64,000 nucleotides of DNA, taken from assembly GCA_026708525.1 (NCBI GenBank), contig JAPOUS010000133.1, positions 568 to 64,567 of the forward strand. The letters run 5' to 3'. Shown here piece by piece: positions 30,254 to 41,911 of this stretch (its first letter is position 1; every line of letters begins with the position of its first letter). The notes below the pieces were generated by a model that was not told the origin of the DNA, did not search any database, and saw nothing but the letters and a program-made list of their open reading frames with translations. Source of the stretch: Cellvibrionales bacterium. GTDB taxonomy: Bacteria; Pseudomonadota; Gammaproteobacteria; Pseudomonadales; DT-91. The position numbers and the translations under genes were made by a program.

Positions 30254-31326
30254 TGCTATTTCATTGGTTAAGCGAGTATATTCCAGCATTTCAGGTCTTT
30301 AATTACCTGACATTGCGGGCCATATTAAGCGTATTAACGGCATTAACTTTCGCATTAATTTTTGGGCCAAAATTGATTCAGCGTTTGCAAACCCTGCAAG
30401 TGGGGCAGGCGATTCGCGATGACGGCCCTGAAAGTCACTTAAGTAAATCAGGAACGCCGACCATGGGCGGCATGCTGATATTAATGTCGGTACTGGTGAC
30501 GACCTTACTTTGGGGTAATTTAGCCAATCGGTATGTATGGGTACTGCTAGCGGTGACTTTTTCGTTTGCAACTATCGGTTGGATTGATGATTTCCGAAAA
30601 GTTGTTAAAAAAAATTCAAAAGGTATTTCGGCCAAAACCAAGTATTTTTGGCAGTCTGTGTTTGGGCTAGCATTTGCCCTTTATATTTATTTCACCGCAA
30701 CTCAGCCGCAAGAAACGCAGCTGTTTATTCCGTTTTTTAAATCCTTCGCTTGGGATATGGGCCCGCTTTTTATTGTGTTGGCGTATTTTATGTTGGTGGG
30801 CTTTAGTAATGCTGTGAATCTAACGGATGGTTTAGATGGCTTGGCGATTTTGCCGAGTGTGGTGATTGCATCAGCCCTGGCCGTCATTGCTTATTTAGTT
30901 GGGCATGTTGAGTTTGCACATTATTTGAATATTCCTTACATCAAGGGATCGGGAGAGTTGGTGGTTATTTGTACGGCTTTGGTCGGTGCGGGCTTAGGCT
31001 TTTTATGGTTTAACACCTATCCTGCCATGGTATTTATGGGGGATGTTGGTTCATTGGCATTAGGTGCTATGTTAGCTGCCATTGCCGTGATTATTCGTCA
31101 TGAAGTAGTGTTTATTATCATGGGTGGTGTCTTTGTATTGGAGACGGTATCGGTCATTTTGCAGGTCGCTTCGTTTAAATTAACAGGCAAGCGCATTTTT
31201 CGTATGGCGCCGATTCACCATCATTTTGAATTAAAAGGTTGGCCTGAACCTCGGGTGATTGTTCGATTTTGGATTATAACTGTGATTCTTGTGCTGATTG
31301 GCTTGGCAACACTGAAATTACGTTAA
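30244..31326 (+). CDS. mraY: phospho-N-acetylmuramoyl-pentapeptide transferase
   Basis: 360 aa, polytopic. The motifs [31 protein letters not shown] and APIHHHFE are present. Confidence 0.97.
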   Translation: MLLMLFHWLSEYIPAFQVFNYLTLRAILSVLTALTFALIFGPKLIQRLQTLQVGQAIRDDGPESHLSKSGTPTMGGMLILMSVLVTTLLWGNLANRYVWVLLAVTFSFATIGWIDDFRKVVKKNSKGISAKTKYFWQSVFGLAFALYIYFTATQPQETQLFIPFFKSFAWDMGPLFIVLAYFMLVGFSNAVNLTDGLDGLAILPSVVIASALAVIAYLVGHVEFAHYLNIPYIKGSGELVVICTALVGAGLGFLWFNTYPAMVFMGDVGSLALGAMLAAIAVIIRHEVVFIIMGGVFVLETVSVILQVASFKLTGKRIFRMAPIHHHFELKGWPEPRVIVRFWIITVILVLIGLATLKLR

Positions 31327-31362
31327 CGATGTTTTAGTCGATAGGTAGAGAAAAAAGAACGC

Positions 31363-32697
31363 ATGCAAAACGCATTAACGCCAATTCAACGACGCTTTAT
31401 CCTCGGTTTCGGGGTGACTGGGCAGTCGTGTGCGCGTTATTTTTCTCGTCATGGTTTAGCTTATTCTGTCATCGATACTGTTATGGCAGCTGAAAAAGCT
31501 GCCGATTTATCCTCACTTTTTTTAGCAGATGAGTGGTATGTGGGCAATGCTTGTCAGTCAATGACTTTTTCATCCAGTGATTTATTAGTGGTAAGTCCAG
31601 GCATTGCTTTATCTCACCCCATCGTGATTGATGCCTTGGCAGCGGGAGCACAAATTACCTCAGACATTGAACTATTTAACGATCAAGTGACTCAGCCTGT
31701 GATTGCTGTTACAGGCTCAAATGGCAAAACAACCACAGTGCACTTGATTACCCACATATTAAAACAACAGGGCCTGCGTGTGGCATTGCTTGGCAATGTT
31801 GGTGAGCCTGTATTGGATATGCTGGATAGTTCAGCTGAAGCAGTTGATGTGGTGGTGCTAGAACTTTCAAGTTTTCAGCTTGAGCGTATTTCAGATTTAA
31901 AGGCCAATGTTGCTTGCATATTGAATGTGACGCCTGATCATCTTGATCGTCATCCGAGTTTTGCTGACTATGCCAAGGCCAAGCGGCGGATTTATCAAGG
32001 TGCTACTTATCAGGTTTTTCATTACGAAGATGCCGAAACTTACCCAGATACACCCACGCAGACGCTAAGTTTTGGATTCGACTCAGGTGACATTACATTA
32101 ACGGCGGATTGTATCCAAGTGAAAGGTTTGGCCTTGTTGAATCTTTCGGATATACCACTCAAGGGCAAGCATAATGCACTTAACGTCATGGCAGCGTTAG
32201 CGTGCTGCCAAAGGTTTGGTGTTGATTACCCTGCGCAAATTGACGCCATTCGCACCTTTACGGGGTTGCCGGATCGTTGTGAATGGTGCGATCGAATCGA
32301 TGGCGTGACGTATATCAATGATTCAAAGGGGACTAATGTAGGAGCGACGCTTTCAGCACTTGAAGGCCTATCCGCCAATAAAAATATTCTCTTGATAGCT
32401 GGAGGCGAAGATAAAGGCCTTGATTATCAGCCGCTATCTAATGCGCTTCACGCGTTTGCTAAAGAGCTTATTTTACTTGGTGAATGCGCCCCAAAAATTG
32501 CTGAATCCGTCACTATGCCAGCAACCTTTGTCTCGACCTTGGATGAGGCAGTGCACCTTGCGCATCAGATGGCAGAGCCCTCAGATGTGGTTTTGTTGTC
32601 ACCTGCATCGGCCAGTTTTGATATGTTCGACAATTATCATCAGCGCGGGCAGGTCTTTAAGGCAGCAGTTAAACGATTGAAGGAGGCGAGGCTATGA
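31363..32697 (+). CDS. murD: UDP-N-acetylmuramoylalanine--D-glutamate ligase
   Basis: 444 aa. It has the P-loop VTGSNGKTTT and ELSSFQLE, and sits at the expected dcw position. Confidence 0.93.
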   Translation: MQNALTPIQRRFILGFGVTGQSCARYFSRHGLAYSVIDTVMAAEKAADLSSLFLADEWYVGNACQSMTFSSSDLLVVSPGIALSHPIVIDALAAGAQITSDIELFNDQVTQPVIAVTGSNGKTTTVHLITHILKQQGLRVALLGNVGEPVLDMLDSSAEAVDVVVLELSSFQLERISDLKANVACILNVTPDHLDRHPSFADYAKAKRRIYQGATYQVFHYEDAETYPDTPTQTLSFGFDSGDITLTADCIQVKGLALLNLSDIPLKGKHNALNVMAALACCQRFGVDYPAQIDAIRTFTGLPDRCEWCDRIDGVTYINDSKGTNVGATLSALEGLSANKNILLIAGGEDKGLDYQPLSNALHAFAKELILLGECAPKIAESVTMPATFVSTLDEAVHLAHQMAEPSDVVLLSPASASFDMFDNYHQRGQVFKAAVKRLKEARL

Positions 32698-33929
32698 TCA
32701 ATCTAGCAACGACCAACTTCATTCAATTATGGCAGCGAAGTGATAAAGCCTTGGTTGTTTTAGTGATGTTGCTTTGCTCTATTGGTGTGGTGATGGTGTC
32801 GTCTTCATCGATTGATTATGCAAATCACCATTATGGCCAGCCGTTATTTTTTTCGATTCGGCAAAGCATCTTTTTTGTCTTGGCTATTGGTGCAGGAACG
32901 GTTGCTTTTTATATTCCAACCCAGCACTGGCTAACCTACGGGTGGCTGTATTTGATGTTGGCATTTTTATTATTGGTATTGGTGCTAATTCCGGGTATTG
33001 GCAAAGAGGTAAACGGTAGCCGTCGTTGGATTCCTCTGGGGTTGATTAATATTCAAGCCTCAGAGGTAGCGAAATTATTTATGTTGATTTATATGTCAGG
33101 TTACCTCTTAAGGCGGCGAGATGAAGTACGTCAACGCTGGCGAGGATTTTTAAAACCGATAGCGGTCTTAGTATTGGCCATTGTTTTGTTACTAGAAGAG
33201 CCAGATTTTGGCTCTGCGGTCGTTATTATCTTTGCGGTTTTTGGCATGATATTTCTGGCAGGTCTTGGTTTTCCACAATTTATTACGCTAATGACAGCGG
33301 CAGTAATTGCCGTCGGCTCTATGGCTGTGTCGTCTTCCTATCGGCTAGAGCGCTTGAAATGTTTCCTTGATCCCTGGCAAGAATCGCATCGATTTGATTG
33401 TGGTTATCAGCTAACTCAGTCACTGATTGCTTTTGGTCGAGGCGAATGGACAGGCCTTGGGTTAGGGCAAAGCATTCAAAAACAATTTTTCTTACCTGAA
33501 GCGCATACGGATTTTGTGTTTGCCATTATTGCTGAAGAGTTAGGTTTTGTTGGTGGCGCTTTGACGATTGTATTATTTGCGTTGTTAATCGGTAAACTAT
33601 TTTTATTAGCGAGACGCTTGGATCATAAAAAAGCATTTTTTGAGGCGTATCTAACGAATGGCATTGCCTTAGTGTTGGCAGCGCAAGTCTTTATTAATGT
33701 GGGGGTCAATATTGGATTGTTGCCCACAAAGGGACTTACATTGCCGTTTTTAAGTTATGGTGGCAGCAGCTTGCTGGTGAATCTTTTTATGCTGGGTATT
33801 GTCTTGCGCATTGATGCTCAACATCGAAAAACTCAGAAACAAAAAACATCGAGTTCAATTAAGAAGGCAGGTAAATCTTCAACGGCAGAGGCTTCTAAGC
33901 ACAAATTGCCAAGGAGGTTACCATCGTGA
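32694..33929 (+). CDS. ftsW: peptidoglycan glycosyltransferase FtsW (SEDS family)
   Basis: 411 aa, polytopic. QPSE-like IQASEVAKL, PEAHTDF and LPFLSYGGSS are SEDS motifs. Confidence 0.93.
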   Translation: MINLATTNFIQLWQRSDKALVVLVMLLCSIGVVMVSSSSIDYANHHYGQPLFFSIRQSIFFVLAIGAGTVAFYIPTQHWLTYGWLYLMLAFLLLVLVLIPGIGKEVNGSRRWIPLGLINIQASEVAKLFMLIYMSGYLLRRRDEVRQRWRGFLKPIAVLVLAIVLLLEEPDFGSAVVIIFAVFGMIFLAGLGFPQFITLMTAAVIAVGSMAVSSSYRLERLKCFLDPWQESHRFDCGYQLTQSLIAFGRGEWTGLGLGQSIQKQFFLPEAHTDFVFAIIAEELGFVGGALTIVLFALLIGKLFLLARRLDHKKAFFEAYLTNGIALVLAAQVFINVGVNIGLLPTKGLTLPFLSYGGSSLLVNLFMLGIVLRIDAQHRKTQKQKTSSSIKKAGKSSTAEASKHKLPRRLPS

Positions 33930-34984
33930 AGCGTATCTTAATTGTTGCTGGCGGCACAGGTGGTCATGTATTTCCTGCCTTGGCGGTTGCAGAAGAATTG
34001 ATCGAATTGGGTCATGACGTTCGCTGGGTGGGTACGCAGCGGGGCATTGAAGCTAACCGTGTGCCTAACGCAGGTATTGTGCTCGATTTTATCCATATCG
34101 AAGGTATTCGTGGTAAGGGGCTACAAGGTAAGTTAAAAGCACCCCTGTTAATTGCAAAGGCCGTTGGTCAATCGCTCACCTTGTTAAAAAATTACCAGCC
34201 GAATACAGTGTTATGTTTTGGTGGTTATGTCTCAGCCCCTGTGGGTTTAGCAGCCAAACTTAAAGGTATCCCTTTATTGATACATGAGCAAAACGCTATT
34301 GCAGGGACTGCCAATAAACTCTTGTCTAAATTTTCAAAGGTGCAATTGCAGGCGTTTTCTACTGCCTTTATTGGTGGGAAAACGGTTGGAAATCCTGTAC
34401 GCAAAGCGTTGGTTGATACACGTTTTGAAAAGGGGGGTAGCCCCCATAAACCGCTACAGGTCTTGGTGCTTGGTGGAAGTTTAGGTGCGCAAAAATTGAA
34501 TCAAACCATGGTGGAAGTGTTTGATATGCTTGGCGATAAAATATCGCTCTGGCATCAGACGGGGTTAGCTCATGAGCAAGAAACTAAAGCACTGTACGGC
34601 GATCGCTTATCTGATGAAAACCTTAGGGTTGTGCCTTTTATTGAAGATATGAAGGCTGCATATGCCTTTGCCGATCTTGTTATTTGCCGATCGGGTGCAA
34701 TGACGGTCAGTGAGCTGGCGGTTATGGGTAAACCGGCTATTTTTATCCCTTTTCCTTTTGCGATTGATGATCATCAAACGGCAAATGCAAAAAGTTTAAG
34801 TGATCAGGGGGCAGCAATATTATTGCCTCAAACGGAGTTGACCTCTGATGTATTGATTAATTATTTAGATGATTTTGTTCAAGAGCCTATAAAGCTTGAG
34901 CAGATGGGACAGTTGGCTTTGAGTGAAGCAAAGCCTCGGGCTGCGAAAGAAGTAGCTGAATACTGTCTGGAGGTAGCAATATGA
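33926..34984 (+). CDS. murG: undecaprenyldiphospho-muramoylpentapeptide beta-N-acetylglucosaminyltransferase
   Basis: 352 aa. [14 protein letters not shown] and RSGAMTVSE are MurG motifs. The GTG start has AAGGAGG upstream. Confidence 0.95.
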   Translation: MKRILIVAGGTGGHVFPALAVAEELIELGHDVRWVGTQRGIEANRVPNAGIVLDFIHIEGIRGKGLQGKLKAPLLIAKAVGQSLTLLKNYQPNTVLCFGGYVSAPVGLAAKLKGIPLLIHEQNAIAGTANKLLSKFSKVQLQAFSTAFIGGKTVGNPVRKALVDTRFEKGGSPHKPLQVLVLGGSLGAQKLNQTMVEVFDMLGDKISLWHQTGLAHEQETKALYGDRLSDENLRVVPFIEDMKAAYAFADLVICRSGAMTVSELAVMGKPAIFIPFPFAIDDHQTANAKSLSDQGAAILLPQTELTSDVLINYLDDFVQEPIKLEQMGQLALSEAKPRAAKEVAEYCLEVAI

Positions 34985-36393
34985 ATGCGGTACGTGTTGT
35001 GCCTGGCATGAGAAAAATCGAGCAAATCCATTTTGTTGGCATTGGTGGTGCTGGCATGTGCGGTATTGCAGAAGTTTTACAAACGCAAGGTTATCGGGTG
35101 ACAGGCTCCGATCTAAAGCCATCAAAAAATACTGATCGATTGGCCTCTATGGGGGCGGAAATATTTATCGGGCATGAAGTGGCGCATGTGGAAGGGGCTG
35201 ATGTGGTTGTGGTGTCTTCTGCTATCGATCCTGAAAATGTCGAAGTGGCATTTGCGAAAGAACATCGTATTCCTGTAGTTGCAAGAGCTGAGATGTTAGC
35301 AGAATTAATGCGATATCGTCATGGCGTGGCAGTCGCAGGGACACATGGTAAAACCACCACAACCAGTATGATTGCTGCTATTTTTGCAGAAGCAGGCCTA
35401 GATCCTACTTTTATTATTGGAGGCTTGGTCAATAATTTTGGTAGTAACGCTAAATTAGGTGAAAGTCGCTATTTAGTCGTGGAGGCGGATGAAAGCGATG
35501 CCTCTTTTTTACATCTCCAGCCAATGTCTGCGGTGATTACTAATGTCGAGCCGGATCATATGAGTACCTATGACGGTGACTTAAGTAAATTGAAAAAAAC
35601 TTTCTTGCAGTTTACGAATAATTTGCCGTTTTACGGTGCAGTGACTCTGTGTATTGATGATCCAATTGCACGCACACTTTCGCATCAAATTAGTCGTTCA
35701 GTGATTACCTATGGATTCAGTAAAGATGCAGATGTTCGTATTACGAATCTCCAAGTTGAGGGCATTAGTTCAACTTTTACTGTGGATACCTTAAAAGGAG
35801 AGCACCTTACTGTCAGTTTAAATGTGCCAGGCAAACACAACGTATTGAATGCCACAGCGGCCATCGCGTTATGCCTTGACGAAGGGATTGACGAAGAGGC
35901 TATTGTAAAAGGCCTTGAAGGTTTTTCTGGCGTGGGTCGTCGTTTTCAAATGTATGGCCAGTTTCCTGTCGATGGCGGTCATGTCGAATTAGTCGATGAT
36001 TATGGGCATCACCCAACCGAACTTAAAGCAACTATTGATGCAGCGAGGGTGAGTTTCCCAGAAAAACGATTAGTGATGGTGTTTCAACCGCACAGATATA
36101 GTCGTACTTACGATTTATATGAAGATTTTGTCGATGTCCTCTCTGAGGTGGATCAACTGATACTCATGGATGTGTATTCGGCAGGTGAATCACCTATTCC
36201 GGGGGCTGACAGCCTAGCATTAACAAAAAGTTTGGAAAAAAAGGCCAAGCGGCAACCTTTGTTAGTGCGAGAAAACGATAAAGTCCCTGAGGTGCTACGC
36301 CGAGTGGTTGGCGCGAATGATTTGATTATTACTCAAGGCGCTGGAAATGTCGGCGCATTGGCAGAAATACTGGCCACTAAGGGGTTTGTATGA
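34981..36393 (+). CDS. murC: UDP-N-acetylmuramate--L-alanine ligase
   Basis: 470 aa. [10 protein letters not shown], the P-loop [11 protein letters not shown] and EADESD are MurC motifs. Confidence 0.95.
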   Translation: MNAVRVVPGMRKIEQIHFVGIGGAGMCGIAEVLQTQGYRVTGSDLKPSKNTDRLASMGAEIFIGHEVAHVEGADVVVVSSAIDPENVEVAFAKEHRIPVVARAEMLAELMRYRHGVAVAGTHGKTTTTSMIAAIFAEAGLDPTFIIGGLVNNFGSNAKLGESRYLVVEADESDASFLHLQPMSAVITNVEPDHMSTYDGDLSKLKKTFLQFTNNLPFYGAVTLCIDDPIARTLSHQISRSVITYGFSKDADVRITNLQVEGISSTFTVDTLKGEHLTVSLNVPGKHNVLNATAAIALCLDEGIDEEAIVKGLEGFSGVGRRFQMYGQFPVDGGHVELVDDYGHHPTELKATIDAARVSFPEKRLVMVFQPHRYSRTYDLYEDFVDVLSEVDQLILMDVYSAGESPIPGADSLALTKSLEKKAKRQPLLVRENDKVPEVLRRVVGANDLIITQGAGNVGALAEILATKGFV

Positions 36394-37298
36394 ATACAAA
36401 CCTTATGGATAGAAAAATCGCTGTGTTATATGGCGGGGAGAGTAGCGAGCGAGAAGTCTCGCTAGTCAGTGGAAAAAAAACCTTGGAAGCCTTGGCAGAT
36501 TTTAATGCGGTTGGCTTGGATGTGCCGACCAAAGATTTGGCTGCTGAGTTGGTTAGACAGGGTATTGAGTATTGTTTTATTGCCCTGCATGGTGGTGCTG
36601 GCGAAGACGGTACAGTGCAAGCCATCTTAAATACACAGGGCATACCTTTTTCGGGAAGTGATGTTACCGCTTGTGCACTTGCAATGGATAAACACTTATC
36701 GAAACTGATATTTAAAAGTGCAGGGTTACCTACAGCTCCGTCGCTGACCCTTCTTGGTGATGTTAGCTGGGCCGAAGTAAGCCAAGCGTTAGGCGATAAA
36801 GTGATTTTGAAGCCAACGTGTGAAGGCTCAAGCGTAGGGATGCAAATCGCAACAGATGAAAAAAGTTTTATTCATGCGATGGCCTTAGCGAAAGAGTACG
36901 GCGATAAAGTATTGGTTGAAAAGTGGATTGACGGTGAAGAATTAACGGTAGGTATTCTGGGTAATGACGCCTTGCCGGTTGTGCGTTTTATAACGCCCAG
37001 TGAGTTTTATGATTATCATGCGAAATATGAACGTGATGACAATACCTATTACTGCCCATCCGGTCTAGATGAGGCAACTGAGAAGCAAGTGCAAGCCATC
37101 AGTTTAGATGCCTTCAACGCACTTGGATGTAAAGGATGGGGGCGTGTGGATTTAATGATGGATCATCAAGGTAAAATCCAGCTCCTGGAAGTCAATACGC
37201 AGCCAGGTTTGACGAGCCATAGTTTTCTACCTATGGCCGCGAAAGTTGCTGGTATGTCATTTGAGCAATTGATAGCAGCGATTATTAATCAAGGTTGA
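36390..37298 (+). CDS. ddl: D-alanine--D-alanine ligase
   Basis: 302 aa with an ATP-grasp fold. The motifs are [26 protein letters not shown] and [12 protein letters not shown]. Confidence 0.93.
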   Translation: MNTNLMDRKIAVLYGGESSEREVSLVSGKKTLEALADFNAVGLDVPTKDLAAELVRQGIEYCFIALHGGAGEDGTVQAILNTQGIPFSGSDVTACALAMDKHLSKLIFKSAGLPTAPSLTLLGDVSWAEVSQALGDKVILKPTCEGSSVGMQIATDEKSFIHAMALAKEYGDKVLVEKWIDGEELTVGILGNDALPVVRFITPSEFYDYHAKYERDDNTYYCPSGLDEATEKQVQAISLDAFNALGCKGWGRVDLMMDHQGKIQLLEVNTQPGLTSHSFLPMAAKVAGMSFEQLIAAIINQG

Positions 37299-37369
37299 AT
37301 CAATGCGCTAGAGGCCTAGTGTGTAAGTGAAAAAATGAGTGAATACGAAAAGGTAAAAAAGGGTAATTT

Positions 37370-38203
37370 GTGTTAATTGAAGGCAAGGCAAGTAGAGTAA
37401 GCAATAAGCGTAAAAAACGCGCCGCCCCGTTAGTGCGCCGTTTTTTTGGCTTTGTGGGTGCGTGTCTGGCTGCTTTTACCTTTATTCGTTTATTAAAATT
37501 ACTAGCGGTATTTATTGTTGTTGCATTTTTCTTATTTGGTAAACAAAGCATAGATTCATTGCTTCAAGCGCCATTTGATGAAGTGGTGATACAAGGAGAT
37601 TTGCAACATGTTAAAAGAGAGCAACTCCAACAAGTGATTACTCACCATACGCAGCAAGGTTTTGTTGGATTGAATATGACGGCATTGCATGCGGCGCTGA
37701 TGGACGTCCCTTGGGTTAAATCAGTAGCAATTCAGCGGGCAATACCTAATCAGTTGGTCGTTAATATTACTGAAGCAGCTATTTTGGCGAAATGGAATGA
37801 TAGCGCCTATTTGACGGAGTCATTAAATATTGTGGATACCTCGAATCACGCCGTTAGCAAAGATATTCCAACCTTCATTGGTAAAGATGTTGAGCAATTG
37901 ATGCATTTTTTTTCGCTCGTTAATGAAACTATTTCGGATAACATGAAACCAGTTAGATTAATTGATGTCAGTGATATAGGGACAGTAAGAATTCAGCTCG
38001 CACAGTCGGTGGATATTCTGCTAAATGAAAAGGCATTTTCTGAGCAATTGGCACGTTGGGTAAAAGTCGTTGATACCCAGGCAATTAATCATATGGATCG
38101 TTTGAAACGAGTAGACATGCGCTATGCTAGCGGAATGGCTGTCGTTTTCGATCAAAAAGCTACGAAAAACAACAACAAGATGTATGTAGGAGGGCGTGAT
38201 TAA
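37370..38203 (+). CDS. ftsQ: cell division protein FtsQ
   Basis: 277 aa with a basic N-terminus, one TM helix and a POTRA region (V.I.G....V........). It sits between ddl and ftsA. The GTG start is uncertain. Confidence 0.8.
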   Translation: MLIEGKASRVSNKRKKRAAPLVRRFFGFVGACLAAFTFIRLLKLLAVFIVVAFFLFGKQSIDSLLQAPFDEVVIQGDLQHVKREQLQQVITHHTQQGFVGLNMTALHAALMDVPWVKSVAIQRAIPNQLVVNITEAAILAKWNDSAYLTESLNIVDTSNHAVSKDIPTFIGKDVEQLMHFFSLVNETISDNMKPVRLIDVSDIGTVRIQLAQSVDILLNEKAFSEQLARWVKVVDTQAINHMDRLKRVDMRYASGMAVVFDQKATKNNNKMYVGGRD

Positions 38204-39438
38204 TGGCAACTGAAAGCGCAGAAAACATGATCGTTGGGCTGGATATTGGAACATCGAAAGTTGTTGCTATTGTCGGTGAATATACAGAAGAAAAAGGACT
38301 AGAGATAATAGGGATTGGCTCGCATCCATCTCGGGGCTTGAAAAAAGGTGTCGTGGTTGATATTGAATCGACGGTTCATTCGATTCAGCGTGCAGTGGAA
38401 GAAGCTGAACTCATGGCCGGTTGTCAAATCCATTCAGTGTATGCAGGTATTGCTGGTAGCCATATTCGAAGTCTCAATTCACATGGCATTGTTGCGATAA
38501 AAGATAAAGAAGTTACTGATACTGATGTCGAACGGGTCATCGATGCGGCCAAAGCGGTAGCCATTCCTGCTGATCAAAAAGTGCTGCATATCCTTCCTCA
38601 AGAATACATTATTGATTCGCAAGAGGGTGTCAAAGAGCCTTATGGAATGTCTGGTGTACGTTTAGAGGCCAAAGTTCATTTGGTGACAGGTGCCGTGAAT
38701 GCTGCGCAGAATATTGAAAAGTGTATTAGGCGTTGTGGGTTGGTTCCTGAAGATATTATTCTTGAGCAGTTAGCATCAAGCTATGCGGTATTAACGGATG
38801 ATGAGCGAGAATTAGGGGTTTGTCTTGTAGATATCGGTGGCGGTACGTCAGATATTGCTATATTTACAGAGGGCTCAATCAAACATACAGGTGTCATCCC
38901 TATTGCGGGTGATCAGGTGACCAATGATATAGCCATGGCGCTTCGCACACCTACCCAGTATGCGGATGAAATCAAAATTAAATATGCCTGTGCATTGGCT
39001 CAATTAGCACAGGCTGATCAAACCATTAAAGTCCCAAGTGTGGGTGATCGCCCTGCCAGAAACCTTTCACGGCAGGCGCTAGCCGAAGTTGTTGAACCAA
39101 GATATGACGAGTTATTTACCTTGGTTCAGGCAGAAATACGCCGAAGTGGTTATGAGCAAATGCTGGCTGGCGGGATTGTGTTGACAGGTGGTACTTCCAA
39201 GATGGAAGGCGCTGTCGATTTAGCCGAAGAGATATTCCACATGCCTGTTCGATTGGGGATGCCTAATCAAGCGGGCGGATTACAGGACATTGTACGCAAC
39301 CCTATTTATTCAACAGGGGTGGGTCTATTGCATTATGCGGTAAAACAACAAGTGTCACCCTTGCCTCGAAATGTCGAGCGAACTGCAAGGGCGTCGGTGG
39401 CAAGTACCGTAAAACGATGGTTTCAGAATAACTTTTAA
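38203..39438 (+). CDS. ftsA: cell division protein FtsA
   Basis: 411 aa, actin-like. GLDIGTSKVVA, VDIGGGTSDI and a C-terminal amphipathic helix (VKRWFQNNF) are present. Confidence 0.96.
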   Translation: MATESAENMIVGLDIGTSKVVAIVGEYTEEKGLEIIGIGSHPSRGLKKGVVVDIESTVHSIQRAVEEAELMAGCQIHSVYAGIAGSHIRSLNSHGIVAIKDKEVTDTDVERVIDAAKAVAIPADQKVLHILPQEYIIDSQEGVKEPYGMSGVRLEAKVHLVTGAVNAAQNIEKCIRRCGLVPEDIILEQLASSYAVLTDDERELGVCLVDIGGGTSDIAIFTEGSIKHTGVIPIAGDQVTNDIAMALRTPTQYADEIKIKYACALAQLAQADQTIKVPSVGDRPARNLSRQALAEVVEPRYDELFTLVQAEIRRSGYEQMLAGGIVLTGGTSKMEGAVDLAEEIFHMPVRLGMPNQAGGLQDIVRNPIYSTGVGLLHYAVKQQVSPLPRNVERTARASVASTVKRWFQNNF

Positions 39439-39470
39439 ATTACATTTTTGACTGGCAAGGGAGAAAAACT

Positions 39471-40670
39471 ATGTTTGAGCTCGTTGATAATCAACCACAG
39501 AACCCTGTGATAAAGGTTGTTGGAGTGGGTGGCGGTGGCGGAAACGCTGTCAAGCATATGATTGCAAACCAAACGGAAGGGGTTGAATTTATTTGCGCCA
39601 ATACGGACGCACAGGCATTGAATGATGTCGATACCAAAACAGTTTTGCAGTTAGGCTCAGGCTTAACCAAGGGCTTAGGTGCTGGTGCAAATCCAGATAT
39701 TGGCAGGCAAGCTGCGATTGAAGATCGTGATCGTATTGCTGAATTGTTACAAGGTGCGGATATGGTCTTTATCACTGCCGGTATGGGCGGGGGTACAGGA
39801 ACTGGTGGTGCGCCGATCGTTGCTGAAGTAGCACGAGAATTAGGTATCTTGACGGTAGCAGTTGTCACTAAACCCTTTAAGTTTGAGGGCAAAAAACGCA
39901 TGATGCTGGCCGAAGCGGGCATCAAAGAGTTGGCTGAAAATGTTGACTCATTGATTACCATTCCAAACCAAAAGCTTGAGGCTGTCATGGGGGGGGCGAT
40001 TTCTTTGGTCGATGCCTTTAAAGAAGCTAATGATGTGCTTCATCATGCGGTTCAAGGTATTGCTGACCTTATTATTCGCCCAGGTTTAATCAATGTTGAC
40101 TTTGCCGATGTAAGAACCGTGATGTCTGAGATGGGCATGGCAATGATGGGTAGTGGCCAGTCAGCGGGTGAAGATCGAGCGGTTAAAGCGGCGGAAGCAG
40201 CCATTTCAAGTCCATTATTGGAAGATGTGAATCTTCAGGGGGCTAGAGGTATTCTTGTCAATATCACCGCGAGTGAATCCTTAGGTTTAGGTGAGTTTGG
40301 GGAAGTCGGTGAAATTGTTGAAGAATTTGCTTCAGAAAATGCCACCGTGGTTGTCGGAACTGTTATTGACCCATCAATGGGTGATGAGATTAAGGTCACT
40401 GTAGTTGCAACAGGCTTAGGCGGTATGCATGCGAAAGCGCAACCACAGACTGCCCGTACAAAATCTGAGCCACCGGTATTAAATGCTGATGCGCCTAACC
40501 TTGAATCAGATCAAGATTATTCAGGGTATGATCGACCAACTGTGATTCGAAAGCAGGGCATGAAAGCTGTGCCATCATCGCCTGCGGCGCAAAATCCGCA
40601 AGATACGGCACAAAAAGATGACATTGATCTTTTAGATATTCCCGCATTTTTAAGACGGCAAGCGGATTAA
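39471..40670 (+). CDS. ftsZ: cell division GTPase FtsZ
   Basis: 399 aa. It has the tubulin signature GGGTGTGGAP, an NTDAQAL motif and the C-terminal conserved peptide DIDLLDIPAFLRRQAD. Confidence 0.98.
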   Translation: MFELVDNQPQNPVIKVVGVGGGGGNAVKHMIANQTEGVEFICANTDAQALNDVDTKTVLQLGSGLTKGLGAGANPDIGRQAAIEDRDRIAELLQGADMVFITAGMGGGTGTGGAPIVAEVARELGILTVAVVTKPFKFEGKKRMMLAEAGIKELAENVDSLITIPNQKLEAVMGGAISLVDAFKEANDVLHHAVQGIADLIIRPGLINVDFADVRTVMSEMGMAMMGSGQSAGEDRAVKAAEAAISSPLLEDVNLQGARGILVNITASESLGLGEFGEVGEIVEEFASENATVVVGTVIDPSMGDEIKVTVVATGLGGMHAKAQPQTARTKSEPPVLNADAPNLESDQDYSGYDRPTVIRKQGMKAVPSSPAAQNPQDTAQKDDIDLLDIPAFLRRQAD

Positions 40671-40848
40671 GCATCCGAATAACCGTTTTAATTTGTGGTA
40701 TTTATCGTAAATGTGGGTAAAACTTGACGTCAAAAGCGTTGAAATTTGAGAAAGTTGGTGTTTTTTTTGTTTCGTGGCTGTCTTGGCTTTTTAAATGCTA
40801 AAGGTTTTGGTAGACTGCCGTGTGCATTTTTTGTAAGAAGGGTTAGTA

Positions 40849-41757
40849 ATGATTAGACAAAGGACGCTTCGTAACCCGATACGAGCAACCGGCATTGGTT
40901 TGCATACGGGTGAAAAAGTATATTTGTCCCTAAAACCTGCCCCTGTGGATAAAGGTATTGTTTTTCGTCGTGTTGATCTTGACCCGGTTGTTGAGATCAA
41001 GGCATTGGCTGAAAACGTGGGCGATACCTCGTTAGCGACCACGCTAACAAAAGGTGATGTGTGTGTGTCAACGGTTGAGCATCTGTTGTCAGCAATGGCA
41101 GGCCTAGGTATTGATAATGCGTATGTCGATGTGAGCGCAGGCGAGTTGCCGATTATGGATGGTAGCGCAGGCCCATTTGTGTTTCTGATTCAGTCTGCCG
41201 GTATTCAAGAGCAAGATGCCCCTAAGAAATTTATTCGTATTAAGAAGTCGTTAACCGTTAAGCAGGGCGATAAGGTTGCCAGTCTTCACCCTTTTGATGG
41301 ATTTAAAGTTTCTTTTACGATTGATTTTGATCACCCTGTGTTTACTAGCCGCAAATCAACGGCCGAAATTGATTTTTCTACCACCTCATTTGTCAAAGAA
41401 ATAAGTCGGGCAAGAACTTTTGGTTTTATGCATGAGTTTGAGTATCTTCGCTCAAAAGGCTTAGTGCGAGGCGGTAGCTTTGATAACGCCATTGTTGTTG
41501 ATGATTATAAGGTCGTGAATGAAGACGGTCTGCGTTACGATGATGAGTTTGTTAAGCATAAAGTGCTTGATGCAATTGGCGATTTGTATTTACTCGGTAA
41601 TAGTTTGATTGGTGAGTTTAAAGCCTATAAATCGGGTCATGCGCTAAATAACGCCGTGCTTCGGGAGTTGATTTCACGCAAAGATGCTTGGGAAGTGGTC
41701 ACCTACGATGATGAAAACTCCCCTATTTCTTATGCCGGAGCCATGGCGGCGGTCTAA
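40849..41757 (+). CDS. lpxC: UDP-3-O-acyl-N-acetylglucosamine deacetylase
   Basis: 302 aa. MIRQRTL...I...[15 protein letters not shown] and [10 protein letters not shown] are LpxC motifs. Confidence 0.97.
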   Translation: MIRQRTLRNPIRATGIGLHTGEKVYLSLKPAPVDKGIVFRRVDLDPVVEIKALAENVGDTSLATTLTKGDVCVSTVEHLLSAMAGLGIDNAYVDVSAGELPIMDGSAGPFVFLIQSAGIQEQDAPKKFIRIKKSLTVKQGDKVASLHPFDGFKVSFTIDFDHPVFTSRKSTAEIDFSTTSFVKEISRARTFGFMHEFEYLRSKGLVRGGSFDNAIVVDDYKVVNEDGLRYDDEFVKHKVLDAIGDLYLLGNSLIGEFKAYKSGHALNNAVLRELISRKDAWEVVTYDDENSPISYAGAMAAV

Positions 41758-41774
41758 TAAAAAGCGAACGATTA

Positions 41775-41806
41775 AAAAAACGGTTCATGAGTAACCGTTT
41801 TTTTTT
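41775..41806 (+). terminator. intrinsic terminator after lpxC
   Basis: AAAAAACGGTT-CATGAGT-AACCGTTTTTTTTT. The stem is flanked by an A-run and a T-run, so it looks bidirectional. Confidence 0.8.
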
Positions 41807-41911
41807 GCCTGTAGTTTTGCTTCTTGTATTTGCTGGTCGGTGACGCTGTGATTTTCAAGTGATATTTTTGATGCTATTCTAGTGGGTCATTTTGGGAGTA
41901 ATGGGACTTTC

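Noticed and set aside
39491-39988. 165-aa ORF antisense to ftsZ
   Set aside because: It is an antisense frame of a Gly/Ala-rich, highly conserved gene. Its product is low-complexity (PPPPPTPTT..). It is a typical shadow ORF.
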